A stretch of DNA of 64,000 bases from an uncultured Candidatus Saccharibacteria bacterium (GCA_964652615.1 CAZZAT010000001.1:217886-281885); one strand, 5' to 3'. Positions 8,616 to 18,705 are shown, counted from the first letter of the stretch. Made by a program: numbers and translations. Notes: generated by a model not told the origin, from the letters alone.

Positions 8616-9416
8616 ATGGAACTCGTGCGATATGATAGGGGTATGTACCCCAAATCCCTTCCCTTTGCGCTTGCCGCCCTTATCCTCCTTATCGCTGGTG
8701 TCCTTCTCTGGTTCATTCTCACCCGCCCTGCCCCTGAAGGAACTGGGTCGATAGCAACCTCTACCCCAAGCGGAGCAGAAATAGAGCGTGTACATATAGA
8801 AGATGATGGTCCGTACCATGAAATAGATGCGTACTATCCATCCTCCACCCCCCTTTCTTTCGAGGGAAACGGTTCAGCAATCTTTTCCATGAAAACCTTT
8901 ACCGAAAAAGAGGTCGCACGCTTTAAGGACAACACGGTCGCTGAACTCACTGCTGACGACATCGCTTTTCTTGGTATCGGAGGCGAGCGTAAATACGTAC
9001 TTGAGGTTGACTACGCTTTCCATGAAAGCCCCGACACCATTTCCTACGTCTATCATATGTTCGCTGATACGTTAGGGGCGCATCCAAATGCGTACTTTCG
9101 CACCTTCACCTTCGATAAAGAAAGTGGTGAGGAACTTCATATTGGCGACCTCTTCATAGCGGCAGAGTACCTCGATGCACTCTCTGAACTTTCACGAGAA
9201 GCTCTATATGAGACCCTTGGAGAGAACGCGGCGCCCGATATGCTCGAAGCGGGCACCACTCCCTTCCCCGACAACTTCCAGAACTTCTACCTCGAGGGCG
9301 ATTTGATCGTGATTGTCTTCCCTCCGTACCAAGTAGGGCCGTGGGTTGTAGGCATGCAAGAAGCGCGCATTCCAAGAACAGAGCTTGCTACTGTCTTGAA
9401 AGCGGAATACCGATAA
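8616..9416 (+). CDS. membrane-anchored DUF4163/DUF3298-like (RsiV/PdaC C-terminal-like) protein
   Basis: 266 aa. N-terminal TM (LPFALAALILLIAGVLLWFIL). C-terminal FYLEGDLIVIVFPPYQVGPWVVGMQEARIPRTEL resembles the DUF3298 signature (as recalled). Opposite strand, inserted between rplB and rpsS. Confidence 0.55.
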   Translation: MELVRYDRGMYPKSLPFALAALILLIAGVLLWFILTRPAPEGTGSIATSTPSGAEIERVHIEDDGPYHEIDAYYPSSTPLSFEGNGSAIFSMKTFTEKEVARFKDNTVAELTADDIAFLGIGGERKYVLEVDYAFHESPDTISYVYHMFADTLGAHPNAYFRTFTFDKESGEELHIGDLFIAAEYLDALSELSREALYETLGENAAPDMLEAGTTPFPDNFQNFYLEGDLIVIVFPPYQVGPWVVGMQEARIPRTELATVLKAEYR

Positions 9417-9454
9417 AAAGGAAACAGCCCCGCTTTCGCGGGGCTTTCCTTTTA
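9417..9454. terminator. bidirectional rho-independent terminator shared by rplB (minus) and the inserted plus-strand gene
   Basis: agccccgc-tttc-gcggggct hairpin (9426-9445) with an A-run before and a T-run after. It overlaps the rplB stop codon. Confidence 0.7.
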
Positions 9455-10303
9455 TCCTCCCTTGTTCTTCTTGCCCACTTTGCGGCGAGAAACAATGAAG
9501 GTATTTGAGTACTTCTTCGGCGTACGGGTCTTCTGTCCCTTGCCTGATGGCTTGCCCCACAGCGTCTTTGCACGGCGGAGTCCTCGTCCTTGGCGTCCTT
9601 CACCACCTCCGTGCGGATGGTCTACAGGGTTCATGGCAGTACCACGTACTGTTGGGCGAATACCCTTCCAGCGAGAGCGTCCTGCCTTGCCAATCTTCAC
9701 GAGGCGTGAGTTCTCATTGCCCACCGCACCAATAGATGCCCATGCGTTGTCGCTCACCTTACGGATTTCAGTCGAAGGCATCTTGAGCTGGGCGAATCCG
9801 CCGTCGTGTGCAACGACTTCAGCATAGATGCCAGCGCTTCGTGCAAGCTTTGCTCCTGCTCCTGGGCGAATTTCCACGTTATATACAAACGTACCGGTTG
9901 GAAGCTTTCCAAGCGGGAGACGGTTCCCCACTTCAACCTTTGCGGTCTCTGAAACGATGAAGGAGCTGCCTACCTTCAAGTCTTTAGGTGCAACCACGTA
10001 GCGGCGTTCGCCGTCAGCGTAGCAGACACGAGCAATAAAGCCGGTGCGGTAGGGATCATACTCGATGGTTTCCACCTTTGCGGGGATGTTCTTCTTGTCG
10101 TACATAAAGTCGACATCGCGAAGGCGCTTCTTATGGCCGCCTCCTTGGTGGCGCGTCGTAACACGGCCAAATGCATTGCGGCCTGCCTTTGACTTGCCTC
10201 CCTTCATGAGGGACTTCGTAGGGCGGTCGCCAGAAAGAAGCTCCCTATACGGAAGGGTGGTCATGTTGCGGCGGCTCTTGGTGTAGGGTCGGTAGTGCTT
10301 CAT
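9452..10303 (-). CDS. rplB: 50S ribosomal protein L2
   Basis: 283 aa; ...GTAMNPVDHPHGGGEGR... is the hallmark L2 motif. Confidence 0.96.
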   Translation of the reverse strand: MKHYRPYTKSRRNMTTLPYRELLSGDRPTKSLMKGGKSKAGRNAFGRVTTRHQGGGHKKRLRDVDFMYDKKNIPAKVETIEYDPYRTGFIARVCYADGERRYVVAPKDLKVGSSFIVSETAKVEVGNRLPLGKLPTGTFVYNVEIRPGAGAKLARSAGIYAEVVAHDGGFAQLKMPSTEIRKVSDNAWASIGAVGNENSRLVKIGKAGRSRWKGIRPTVRGTAMNPVDHPHGGGEGRQGRGLRRAKTLWGKPSGKGQKTRTPKKYSNTFIVSRRKVGKKNKGG

Positions 10304-10306
10304 ATA

Positions 10307-10678
10307 CTAGAAAGTTATGGTCCCACCCTTCTTGAGGTAGACATAGGCCTTGTGGCGAGCGGCACGAGCTGCGCGTCCACGCTTGCGGCGCATCGGCTTC
10401 ATCTTTCCTGGAAGATTTGCAACGTTTACTTTCACCGGAACGACCTTGTAGAAGCGCTCCACTGCCTGTGCAATCTCCTTTTTCGTTGCATTCGTTGGAA
10501 CAGCAAATACGTAGACGCCGCGCTCTGTGCCAATCAAAGCTTTCTCACTCATCCACGGGTGCTTGATGACATTCTCAAGGCGCGAATCGCTCAGTGCCTT
10601 CTCGGAGGACGCCTTGCGCGCTTTCGGAGCTTTCTCCTTTACTGCCTTCTTCTTGGTTTTGGTATCGAAAATAGCCAT
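10307..10678 (-). CDS. rplW: 50S ribosomal protein L23
   Basis: 123 aa; ...HPWMSEKALIGTERGVYVFAVPTNATKKEI.... Confidence 0.93.
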   Translation of the reverse strand: MAIFDTKTKKKAVKEKAPKARKASSEKALSDSRLENVIKHPWMSEKALIGTERGVYVFAVPTNATKKEIAQAVERFYKVVPVKVNVANLPGKMKPMRRKRGRAARAARHKAYVYLKKGGTITF

Positions 10679-10681
10679 ACG

Positions 10682-11446
10682 TTATTTGGTGAGACGTGAA
10701 GCCAAGACGGGAAGCGACACTACTGGGTTCTCAATGACGAGGAATTTCTTTGAGACAAGATCGACTGGATTAAGGTTTCGCGCCTCAACAATAGCAAGCG
10801 AACCAAAGTTGCGAAGCGACTTCTCAGCAACAGTGTTCTTTGAGGAAAGCGCTATAACCGCTGCATTGATGCGGCGCGTTGCAAGCGCTTCCATGCCTGC
10901 GCCTTTAGCCACAGCAATAAGCGCCTTCTTCGCGTCTGCAGTCTTAGGTGCCGCAAAGGAAAGTGAGTCGACAAAGACCACTTCTCCATCCTTCCACTTG
11001 CGTGAGAGAAGGGATGCAAGCGCACGCGCACGCATCTTGCGGTTTATTTTGACAGAGTAGTCGCGTTCGCTGCGTGGGCCGTGTGCAACACCGCCGCCTG
11101 ACCAAATGGGAGAACGAGAGGAACCATGGCGTGCACGGCCGGTACCCTTCTGCTTCCATGGCTTCTTGCCGCCACCGCGTACTTCACCGCGGAACTTGGT
11201 GTTTGCAACAGTAGGGCGAGCGTTTGCCTGCATACCAACGACAACCTGATGCACAAGGTCTGCATTCCACTTCGCACCAAAGAGTGCCTCCGGAAGCGCT
11301 ACGGTACCTGAAGCAGCGCCTGACATCGAGTAGACGGTTGCTTCACCCTTTCCAGCTGGAAGAACGGGAGCTTTCTTAGGCGCACGCTCAACCTTCGCCT
11401 TAGGCGCTGTCTTCTTGCGTGGTGCTGCTTTTTTTGCGGTTGCCAT
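10682..11446 (-). CDS. rplD: 50S ribosomal protein L4
   Basis: 254 aa; position after rplC; ...GTGRARHGSSRSPIWSGGGVAHGP... is L4. Confidence 0.95.
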   Translation of the reverse strand: MATAKKAAPRKKTAPKAKVERAPKKAPVLPAGKGEATVYSMSGAASGTVALPEALFGAKWNADLVHQVVVGMQANARPTVANTKFRGEVRGGGKKPWKQKGTGRARHGSSRSPIWSGGGVAHGPRSERDYSVKINRKMRARALASLLSRKWKDGEVVFVDSLSFAAPKTADAKKALIAVAKGAGMEALATRRINAAVIALSSKNTVAEKSLRNFGSLAIVEARNLNPVDLVSKKFLVIENPVVSLPVLASRLTK

Positions 11447-11457
11447 AGTAGTAAGAA

Positions 11458-12069
11458 TTAGAGGGCGATGACTTCGACCAAGGAGCCGCGAGGTCCTGGG
11501 ACTGCGCCTGAAATGATTATTTCCCCAGCTGCCGTATCAATATGAAGGACGCGAAGGTTCTTAACGGTAACGCGGTCAGACCCCATGCGGCCTGCCATGC
11601 GAATACCCTTTGCAACGCGGCCACCGGCACGACCACCCGAACCGCCAATAGAACCTGGCTCACGCTCGGAATGCTTCTGACCGTGCGTGCGCGGACCACC
11701 CTTAAAGCCATGGCGCTTCACCACACCTGCAAAGCCCTTACCTTTGGTAGTGCCTACGACACGAACTTCGTCTCCCACCGCAAACGTATCAAGCGCAACT
11801 TCACTTCCTACGGTGTACGCAGCAGTGTCAGCAACTTTATATTCTTTCAGTACGCGAAATGCTTTTGTTGCACGCTGTGCCTTGTTCACCCTCTCCGCCT
11901 TCTTAGCTTCGAAACCAACCTGCACGGCAGTGTAGCCGTCCTTGGTATCAGCATTCTTAACCTGCGTAACCGTAGCAGGACTCATCTTCAAAATGGTACC
12001 GGCAAGCGCTCTTCCGTCTTCTTGGAAGAGTTGGGTCATGCGGTCTTTGCGAGCGAGTAGGAATTTCAT
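11458..12069 (-). CDS. rplC: 50S ribosomal protein L3
   Basis: Start at internal ATG giving MKFLLARKDRMTQLF, the canonical L3 N-terminus. ...GKGFAGVVKRHGFKGGPRTHG.... Confidence 0.95.
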   Translation of the reverse strand: MKFLLARKDRMTQLFQEDGRALAGTILKMSPATVTQVKNADTKDGYTAVQVGFEAKKAERVNKAQRATKAFRVLKEYKVADTAAYTVGSEVALDTFAVGDEVRVVGTTKGKGFAGVVKRHGFKGGPRTHGQKHSEREPGSIGGSGGRAGGRVAKGIRMAGRMGSDRVTVKNLRVLHIDTAAGEIIISGAVPGPRGSLVEVIAL

Positions 12070-12337
12070 GAAAAATAAAAGCGCGCCTGCAATAGCGCGT
12101 TCGTCCCCGAAGGGCTTCCCGGCCATTGGTCCGCCCAAAAGGACGTACATAGCGACAGGGGCACTATACAGGCACCCTCACGAATATGCAAGAAAGCGCC
12201 CCAACAAAAGCTGGGGCGCTGTGTATGGAGGGTGGTTTAGTCTTCCTCGCCTTTTGGGGGTGCGCCATACGGTGCAAAAATCCAATAGGCAAGCAAGAGC
12301 GTCACAGCCACGCATCCAATAAGAATAATGGGATTCA

Positions 12338-12823
12338 TTACCAACTCCATGGAGCCAAGTTGAGTAGAATGCCTGCGGCAAAGACCACCCATATCATACT
12401 AATGATTAGTACACTTCGACGCAATACTTGCTGTATGGTTGGCTTGCGTGATTTTAACTCAAGATATTGCTGGGAGGAAAATATTTTGACTCCTCCCTCG
12501 ATACCGTTCGCTCGTTCGAGTTGAATCATTTTATCGTTCCAAAGTCCCATGAATTTACCGTCTCGAGCGAGCACTGAAAAGTATGTGCGGTTGCCTGTCA
12601 GTGCACTTAGACAAGCTACAAACATCACTATGAACTCTTGCTTCGTGGGCTCTTGTAAAAGCCAAATTCCAATCGCACTTAAACCGGCAATATTGGCGCC
12701 GAGCGCAAACTGAAATCCCAACCAACGGAGTGTTGCTTCCGTGTTTCGTGTCTGTACAAGTCCATTAAAAGCAAGTCCTGCAGCGATTGGCTTTGGTTCA
12801 GGTGAATCCTTACCTTCAGGCAT
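12338..12823 (-). CDS. two-TM membrane protein, unknown function (AT-richer insert between rplC and rpsJ)
   Basis: 161-aa ORF on the operon strand, with hydrophobic segments (IAGLSAIGIWLL, VLIISMIWVVFAAGILL). Local base composition is visibly AT-richer than the flanking ribosomal genes. Confidence 0.5.
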   Translation of the reverse strand: MPEGKDSPEPKPIAAGLAFNGLVQTRNTEATLRWLGFQFALGANIAGLSAIGIWLLQEPTKQEFIVMFVACLSALTGNRTYFSVLARDGKFMGLWNDKMIQLERANGIEGGVKIFSSQQYLELKSRKPTIQQVLRRSVLIISMIWVVFAAGILLNLAPWSW

Positions 12824-12926
12824 CTTCTACCTCCTTGATGTTCCGCAAGCATATCATCACACAACATGCCATAACACAACACCGCCCCGAAAGGGGCGGT
12901 GTTGTGTTATCCGAGTATGAAGTCGG

Positions 12927-13295
12927 TTACACCATCTTCACATCAATCGTCACTCCCGAAGGAAGGTTGAGGTTCGTGAGAGCCTCGATAACCTTTGGCG
13001 AGGGCGACATGATGTCGATGAGGCGCTTGTGGATGCGCATCTCAAACTGCTCTCGTGCGTCCTTATGAACGAACGTTGAGCGGTTCACGGTCCAGCGCTT
13101 GGTCTCGGTTGGAAGCGGCACAGGTCCTACAATCTTCGCTTCAAAGCGATTTGCGGTATCTATGATCTGCTTTACCGACATATCGAGAATCTTGTGCTCG
13201 TAGGCGCGGACTCTGATGCGGAGTTTTGGCTCCGCACCCTGCGCTCCGTCTGCTTTCGCAGCCTTTTTCGCTGGTTTCTTTGTTGCGGTAGCCAT
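12927..13295 (-). CDS. rpsJ: 30S ribosomal protein S10 (with Lys/Ala-rich N-terminal extension)
   Basis: 122 aa; ...LRIRVRAYEHKILDMSVKQIIDTANRFEAKIVGPVPLPT... is S10. Confidence 0.95.
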   Translation of the reverse strand: MATATKKPAKKAAKADGAQGAEPKLRIRVRAYEHKILDMSVKQIIDTANRFEAKIVGPVPLPTETKRWTVNRSTFVHKDAREQFEMRIHKRLIDIMSPSPKVIEALTNLNLPSGVTIDVKMV

Positions 13296-13338
13296 AATCA
13301 GTTCAGGAGGTGGTAGAAGAAAATCTCCTACCCACTCT

Positions 13339-14538
13339 TTAGGCCGTGATCTTGGTTACAACGCCGGCACCAACCGTCTTGCCGCCTTCGCGAATAGCAA
13401 AGCGCATCTGGTCTTCCATGGCGATAGGTGCAGTGAGCTTCACCTTGAAGGTAACGGTGTCGCCTGGCATAACCATTTCCTTTCCTTCCGGAAGGGTAAC
13501 TTCGCCAGTAACGTCAGTGGTACGAACGTAGAACTGCGGCTTGTAGCCTGAGAAGAACGGCGTATGGCGGCCACCCTCGTCCTTACCAAGGATGTATACC
13601 TCGGCCTCGAACTCGGTGTGTGGCGTTACAGAACCTGCCTTCGAGAGCACCTGGCCACGATGCACGTCTTCCTTCTTCGTTCCGCGAAGGAGGATACCTG
13701 CGTTGTCGCCTGCCTGTCCTTCAGGAAGCTGCTTGTTGAACATTTCGATACCCGTGACGGTCGTCTTGGTGGTTGGGTGGAGGCCGACGATTTCGACTTC
13801 CTCACCTACCTTAACGATACCGCGGTCGATACGACCGGTGACCACTGTTCCGCGTCCTTCAATCGAGAAGATGTCCTCGATGGCCATAAGAAATGGCTTG
13901 TCGGTTTCGCGAACTGGATCTGGGAAGTACGTGTCCATAGTGTCCACGAGTTCCTTCACCTTAAGTGCCCACTCGTCAGAAGCATCCGTTGCTTCAAGAG
14001 CTTTGAGGCCCGAACCCCTAATCATCGGCGTTTCCTTGTCAAAGCCCTGCTTGACGAGAAGTTCGCGGATTTCCTCTTCAACGAGGTCCACCATGTCCTT
14101 GTCATCAACCATGTCCACCTTGTTTAGGAAAACAATGAGCTTAGGCACACCCACCTGCTTTGCAAGAAGGATGTGCTCGCGGGTCTGGGGCATGGCGCCG
14201 TCAGTTGCAGCAACTACGAGTACCGCGCCGTCCATCTGTGCGGCACCGGTAATCATGTTCTTGATGTAGTCAGCGTGTCCCGGAGCGTCAATGTGCGCGT
14301 AGTGGCGCTTTGGCGACTCGTATTCAGAGTGGTGAAGCGCGATAGTAATACCGCGGGCCTTCTCTTCAGGGGCGTTGTCGATGTTCTCGACCTTCTCTAC
14401 GCGGGCCTTGTAGCCAGCTGCAGAGTTGAGGTTCAACACGTTAAGAATCGAAGCGGTCAAGGTCGTCTTACCATGGTCAACGTGACCGATGGTACCTACG
14501 TTCATGTGCGGCTTCGAGCGATCGAATGCGTCTGCCAT
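13339..14538 (-). CDS. tuf: elongation factor Tu
   Basis: 399 aa; [27 protein letters not shown] and NKVDMVDD G-domain motifs. Confidence 0.97.
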   Translation of the reverse strand: MADAFDRSKPHMNVGTIGHVDHGKTTLTASILNVLNLNSAAGYKARVEKVENIDNAPEEKARGITIALHHSEYESPKRHYAHIDAPGHADYIKNMITGAAQMDGAVLVVAATDGAMPQTREHILLAKQVGVPKLIVFLNKVDMVDDKDMVDLVEEEIRELLVKQGFDKETPMIRGSGLKALEATDASDEWALKVKELVDTMDTYFPDPVRETDKPFLMAIEDIFSIEGRGTVVTGRIDRGIVKVGEEVEIVGLHPTTKTTVTGIEMFNKQLPEGQAGDNAGILLRGTKKEDVHRGQVLSKAGSVTPHTEFEAEVYILGKDEGGRHTPFFSGYKPQFYVRTTDVTGEVTLPEGKEMVMPGDTVTFKVKLTAPIAMEDQMRFAIREGGKTVGAGVVTKITA

Positions 14539-14587
14539 ATGATTCGTAAATTAATGCTAAGTGATTGATAAGCGAATGCTCCTTTAC

Positions 14588-14633
14588 CAGAAAACGGAAA
14601 AGGCGCTTTGCGTATGTACCCGCGAAGCGCCTT
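14588..14633 (-). terminator. hairpin plus U-run in the tuf 5' leader (candidate attenuator, or terminator for antisense read-through)
   Basis: aaggcgctt-16 nt-aagcgcctt stem with TTTCCGTTTTCTG on the minus strand, 55-95 nt upstream of the tuf ATG. Confidence 0.4.
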
Positions 14634-14770
14634 TTAACCGCCCCTGCCGCAGTGAAGCGTGGGGTGAATAAAAAGAGCGCCAATCCGCGTTAGGTATAAG
14701 GTACCGCGGGTAAAAGGCGGGGTCAAGACGCGGCGAATATGCTACAACAGAGGAGGAAAGGAGGCCCGCC

Positions 14771-15055
14771 ATGGAAGAATTTGGTACAGCCATCAAAGAA
14801 GCATACCTTCGGACGGTGACACGCTGGTGGTTTCTGCCTGCGTTTGCCGCAAGCTTGGGTTTCGCCGTCCTCGAGTTCTTCGACCCTTCCCTTCAGTGGA
14901 TTGCCGCAGTCCTTGCCGCACTTATCCTCGGCTATTTCTTCTACCGCCTCTGGTATGAGTACGTCCTTGCCCAGACCTCTGTTCAAAGAACAGTGGAGGT
15001 AGCGGAACAAAAGCCCGAACGTGTTGAAGGTGGGTCTGGAAGTTCGTTCTCGTAA
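14771..15055 (+). CDS. small two-TM membrane protein, unknown function
   Basis: 94 aa, preceded by the strong RBS AGGAGGAAAGGAGG. Followed by a terminator. Lies antisense between fusA and tuf. Confidence 0.45.
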   Translation: MEEFGTAIKEAYLRTVTRWWFLPAFAASLGFAVLEFFDPSLQWIAAVLAALILGYFFYRLWYEYVLAQTSVQRTVEVAEQKPERVEGGSGSSFS

Positions 15056-15063
15056 GTAGTATT

Positions 15064-15098
15064 GAACGCCCCAGCTATATGCTGGGGCGCTTTCGTTT
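15064..15098. terminator. bidirectional terminator hairpin
   Basis: cgccccagc-tatat-gctggggcg plus CTTTCGTTT. Serves the plus small gene and the minus ORF ending at 15100. Confidence 0.6.
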
Positions 15099-15099
15099 A

Positions 15100-15561
15100 C
15101 TAATTCATCGCGTCGAATTCAGATTCTCTACCGATACCAAGAACGGCAGGCCAGAGGATCTGTCGACCTTCTGCATAGTGGAGCCGTAAAAGTGCTCGAG
15201 CGAGGAAAATTTCCCGCAGAGCCCACCCCATAAAGGAGTTAAAGCCGGACCTCTTCTCGAACTGTTCTATGCTGAAGTTCCCCGTCCAATGAAGCGTACC
15301 TTCGTAGATAGAAAGACGCCCTTCGGAAACAGGAAACAGCTTGAACGAGGTCGAATAGAAGCCGTGCGGTATGTTTTTGGCAATTTCAACGAAGATATTC
15401 ACTCCGTCCTCAACTGGTTTAAAGTGCATCAGATCAGGGGTGGCGAGGCCGCTTGGAAGAACCATGCTGCCAACGCCATCCTTGGTGCTCCATGGATACT
15501 GACTGCTTTTCGCGTACCTCTTACAGGTCCGGAAAACGGCGCGAGAGCGTTCTTCTTGCAT
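15100..15561 (-). CDS. hypothetical protein (inserted between fusA and tuf)
   Basis: Start moved to the ATG with upstream GAAGGAGG RBS (MQEERSRAVF...). No recognisable motifs. Confidence 0.5.
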   Translation of the reverse strand: MQEERSRAVFRTCKRYAKSSQYPWSTKDGVGSMVLPSGLATPDLMHFKPVEDGVNIFVEIAKNIPHGFYSTSFKLFPVSEGRLSIYEGTLHWTGNFSIEQFEKRSGFNSFMGWALREIFLARALLRLHYAEGRQILWPAVLGIGRESEFDAMN

Positions 15562-15645
15562 GAACAACCTCCTTCTCTGGCCCCATGCTAGCACCGAAAC
15601 GGCGGCCGTAAAGCCGCCGTTTCTTTGACCCTAAAATACCCTTTG

Positions 15646-17793
15646 TTACTTTCTCGCCGCGATGATGTCCTGTGCGACGTTGTTTGGCACTACTTCGTAG
15701 TGGTCGAATTCCATAGTCATGGAACCGCGGCCTTCCGTCATGGAACGAAGCGTAGTCGTAAAGCCGAACATTTCAGAAAGCGGTACCTTCGCTTTGACTG
15801 CTTTGTTCATACCGCGATCCTCCATACCCTCGATTGCACCGCGCTTTCCAGAGAGGTTACCAGTGATGTCACCCATGAACTGCTCTGGAACCACTACCTC
15901 AACGGCCATAATCGGCTCAAGAATAACTGGCTTTGCCTTCTGGGCACCATCCTGGAATGCCATGGATGCAGCAATTTTGAAGGCGATTTCAGAAGAGTCC
16001 ACATCGTGGAAGGAGCCGTCATAGAGGTCAACCGAGACATCCACCATAGGGTAGCCGGCAAGCACGCCGCGGCTCATTGCCTCACGAATACCTTTCTCAA
16101 TAGGGTTGATGAATTCGCCTGGAATTGCACCGCCCTTAATGTTGTTAATGAACTCAAAGTGGTCTTCGCGCACCACGTTCTTTGCAACCTTCGCTTCAGG
16201 ATCAACGGGCTCAAGATGCTTCATCTTAATCTTCACGTGGCCGTACTGACCCTTACCGCCCGTCTGCTTGATGTACTTTCCTTCTACATCAGAGGCACCA
16301 AGAATTGTCTCGCGGTACGCTACCTGCGGCTTACCTACGTTTGCGGTCACATTGAACTCGCGCTTCATGCGGTCAACGAGAATTTCAAGGTGAAGCTCAC
16401 CCATGCCGGAAATGATGGTCTCGGCAGTCTCTTCATCTGACGTCACTTTGAATGTTGGGTCTTCATCAGCAAGTTTGCGGATAGCAAGACCCATCTTCTC
16501 TTGGTCAGCTTTGGTTGCAGGCTCAATGCGAAGCGATACCACCGGTTCAGGGAACTTAATCTGCTCAAGAATAATTGGGTTTGTCTCATCGCAAAGCGTA
16601 TGCGAGGTCTTGGTATCTTTAAGGCCCACCATGGCAGCGATTTCTCCGGTAAACACTTTCTCCACTTCTTCGCGCTTATCCGCCTGAAGGCGCACAATGC
16701 GGCCAATGCGCTCCTTGGTTCCTGTGTTTGCGTTATACACGTAGGAACCTGCAGACACTGTACCGGCATACACGCGGAAGAAGGTCAGTGCGCCCACAAA
16801 CGGGTCGGTCTGGAGCTTGAAGGCAAGCGCAGTAAACGGCTCGCTATCATCTGCTTTGCGGACAATCTCTTCGCCCGTCTTTGGGTTCGTTCCCTTCACT
16901 GCCTCTAAATCAAGCGGGGATGGAAGGTAGTCGACAACCGCATCAAGTACGAGCTGCACGCCCTTGTTCTTAAGAGCAGAACCGGTGTACACAGGGAAGA
17001 TTTCATTTGCAATAACTGCCTTGCGAAGCGTTGCCTTCAGCTCTTCAAGCGAAGGTTCGTTGCCTTCAAGAAAGGCATTCATCTGCGCTTCGTCGTTTTC
17101 GACAATGCGTTCAACGAGTTCTGCGCGGTACTTCTTCGCTTCTTCAAGAAACTCTGCAGGAACCTCACCCTCGATAACCTGCTCGCCCATAGCGCCATCG
17201 AAGGTGTATGCCTTCATCGAGAGAAGGTCGACAACGCCCTTAAAGTCGCCTTCTGCACCCATAGGAATTTGTGCGCGTACTGCCTTCTTTGAAAGGCGGT
17301 CGAGAATAGACTTGTAGGAATCTTCAAAGGAAGCGCCTGTGCGGTCGAGCTTGTTAATGAAACAGACGCGAGGCACTTTAGCTTCGTCAGCATAGCGCCA
17401 GTTGGTTTCTGACTGCGGCTCAACGCCTGCAACGCCGTCAAAGACGACGATAGCGCCGTCCAAGACGCGCATAGAGCGCTTCACTTCAGCAGTGAAGTCG
17501 ATGTGGCCTGGGGTGTCGATGACGTTAAAGCGGTACTTCTTCGCCTTGTCTTTCTTGTCAGGCTCGCCGGTCTTTGTCCAAAAACAGGTAATGGCAGCCG
17601 CAGTAATGGTGATACCGCGCTCACGCTCCTGTTCCATCCAGTCAGTTGTAGTCTCTCCTTCGTGCACCTCACCAATCTTATGCTGGGAGCCGGTGTAGTA
17701 GAGGACGCGCTCGGACGTCGTCGTCTTGCCCGCGTCCACGTGGGCCACGATGCCGAAGTTGCGCACCTTCTCTAGGGGATAGTCTCGATTCAT
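15646..17793 (-). CDS. fusA: elongation factor G
   Basis: 715 aa; NFGIVAHVDAGKTTTSERVL, DTPGHIDF and the five EF-G domains. Confidence 0.97.
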   Translation of the reverse strand: MNRDYPLEKVRNFGIVAHVDAGKTTTSERVLYYTGSQHKIGEVHEGETTTDWMEQERERGITITAAAITCFWTKTGEPDKKDKAKKYRFNVIDTPGHIDFTAEVKRSMRVLDGAIVVFDGVAGVEPQSETNWRYADEAKVPRVCFINKLDRTGASFEDSYKSILDRLSKKAVRAQIPMGAEGDFKGVVDLLSMKAYTFDGAMGEQVIEGEVPAEFLEEAKKYRAELVERIVENDEAQMNAFLEGNEPSLEELKATLRKAVIANEIFPVYTGSALKNKGVQLVLDAVVDYLPSPLDLEAVKGTNPKTGEEIVRKADDSEPFTALAFKLQTDPFVGALTFFRVYAGTVSAGSYVYNANTGTKERIGRIVRLQADKREEVEKVFTGEIAAMVGLKDTKTSHTLCDETNPIILEQIKFPEPVVSLRIEPATKADQEKMGLAIRKLADEDPTFKVTSDEETAETIISGMGELHLEILVDRMKREFNVTANVGKPQVAYRETILGASDVEGKYIKQTGGKGQYGHVKIKMKHLEPVDPEAKVAKNVVREDHFEFINNIKGGAIPGEFINPIEKGIREAMSRGVLAGYPMVDVSVDLYDGSFHDVDSSEIAFKIAASMAFQDGAQKAKPVILEPIMAVEVVVPEQFMGDITGNLSGKRGAIEGMEDRGMNKAVKAKVPLSEMFGFTTTLRSMTEGRGSMTMEFDHYEVVPNNVAQDIIAARK

Positions 17794-17907
17794 AGTGATA
17801 AGCAGAGGGCATTAATAAAAAGAAAACGCGCCCGTGCGTTATCTGTACTCTACGGAAAAAGCGCCCAAAAAGCAAAGGGCGCGGAACTCTCGTTCCGCGC
17901 CCTCCTT

Positions 17908-18705
17908 CTACTCTTCGAAACGCCGCACCATGCTCGGCTCTCCGTTCTCGCTTTCACGCTGAGCACGGATGACCTCGCGAAGCGGTTGTACCACCACGCC
18001 CCGGTGAGGAGGCAGGATGGTAGCGTGCACGCAGTGCAGGCTGTCAACCATGATAGCGACGTGCCGGCCTTTGTCCTTCGTCCAGAAGACGAGGTCGCCG
18101 CGCCAAGGCTTCCAAGAGGCAAGCTCTACCGGAAGACCAACGCACGTTGACTGCGGGATGCAGTCGCGCGGGACAACAACACCAGTTGCAAGCAGTGCAG
18201 CTTGCACGAGTGCCGAACAGTCGAAGGTACTAGTTCGTGCGCCCCACTCGTAGGGAGTGCCCACGAACTTGAGCGCTTCTTCGACATAGTCGCAAGCGAA
18301 CTGATCGATAGGCCGCAGCTGTTCTTCGTAGAGCCAGCCGCCTCGCCTTACGTGAACGAGCGTTCCTTCCGCGGTTTCAAGGCGCCCATGTGGGGCCTCG
18401 GTAACGCGGACGAGCGAGTTCATATGAAGCACCATGCGACGCCCTTGCTTGAACGAAGCGTTCTCGTAGACAAGAGCATGAGCAGCTGCCACGCGATGTG
18501 TCGGAACGAAAAGATGTTCCTCCAAGTCGTCGATTTTCACCCAGCCTTTATAGCCATCGATTTGGGCAAAGCCATGCGCCCAACCTTCATGCGTACCTAC
18601 CACGTCAAAGAGCTCTCCGAAAAGAAGCTCTGTTTCAAGAGGTGCTTTCGCATTCGGCTTGCGCCGAAGCTCCGTAGAAGCTTTGATGGTTTGCATGAGC
18701 GTCAT
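17908..18705 (-). CDS. NlpC/P60 (C40) family cell-wall peptidase with N-terminal SH3-like region, no signal peptide
   Basis: 265 aa. YEWGARTSTFDCSALVQAA gives the catalytic Cys and GRHVAIMVD the His. GDLVFW spacing is typical of C40. Inserted between rpsG and fusA. Confidence 0.75.
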   Translation of the reverse strand: MTLMQTIKASTELRRKPNAKAPLETELLFGELFDVVGTHEGWAHGFAQIDGYKGWVKIDDLEEHLFVPTHRVAAAHALVYENASFKQGRRMVLHMNSLVRVTEAPHGRLETAEGTLVHVRRGGWLYEEQLRPIDQFACDYVEEALKFVGTPYEWGARTSTFDCSALVQAALLATGVVVPRDCIPQSTCVGLPVELASWKPWRGDLVFWTKDKGRHVAIMVDSLHCVHATILPPHRGVVVQPLREVIRAQRESENGEPSMVRRFEE

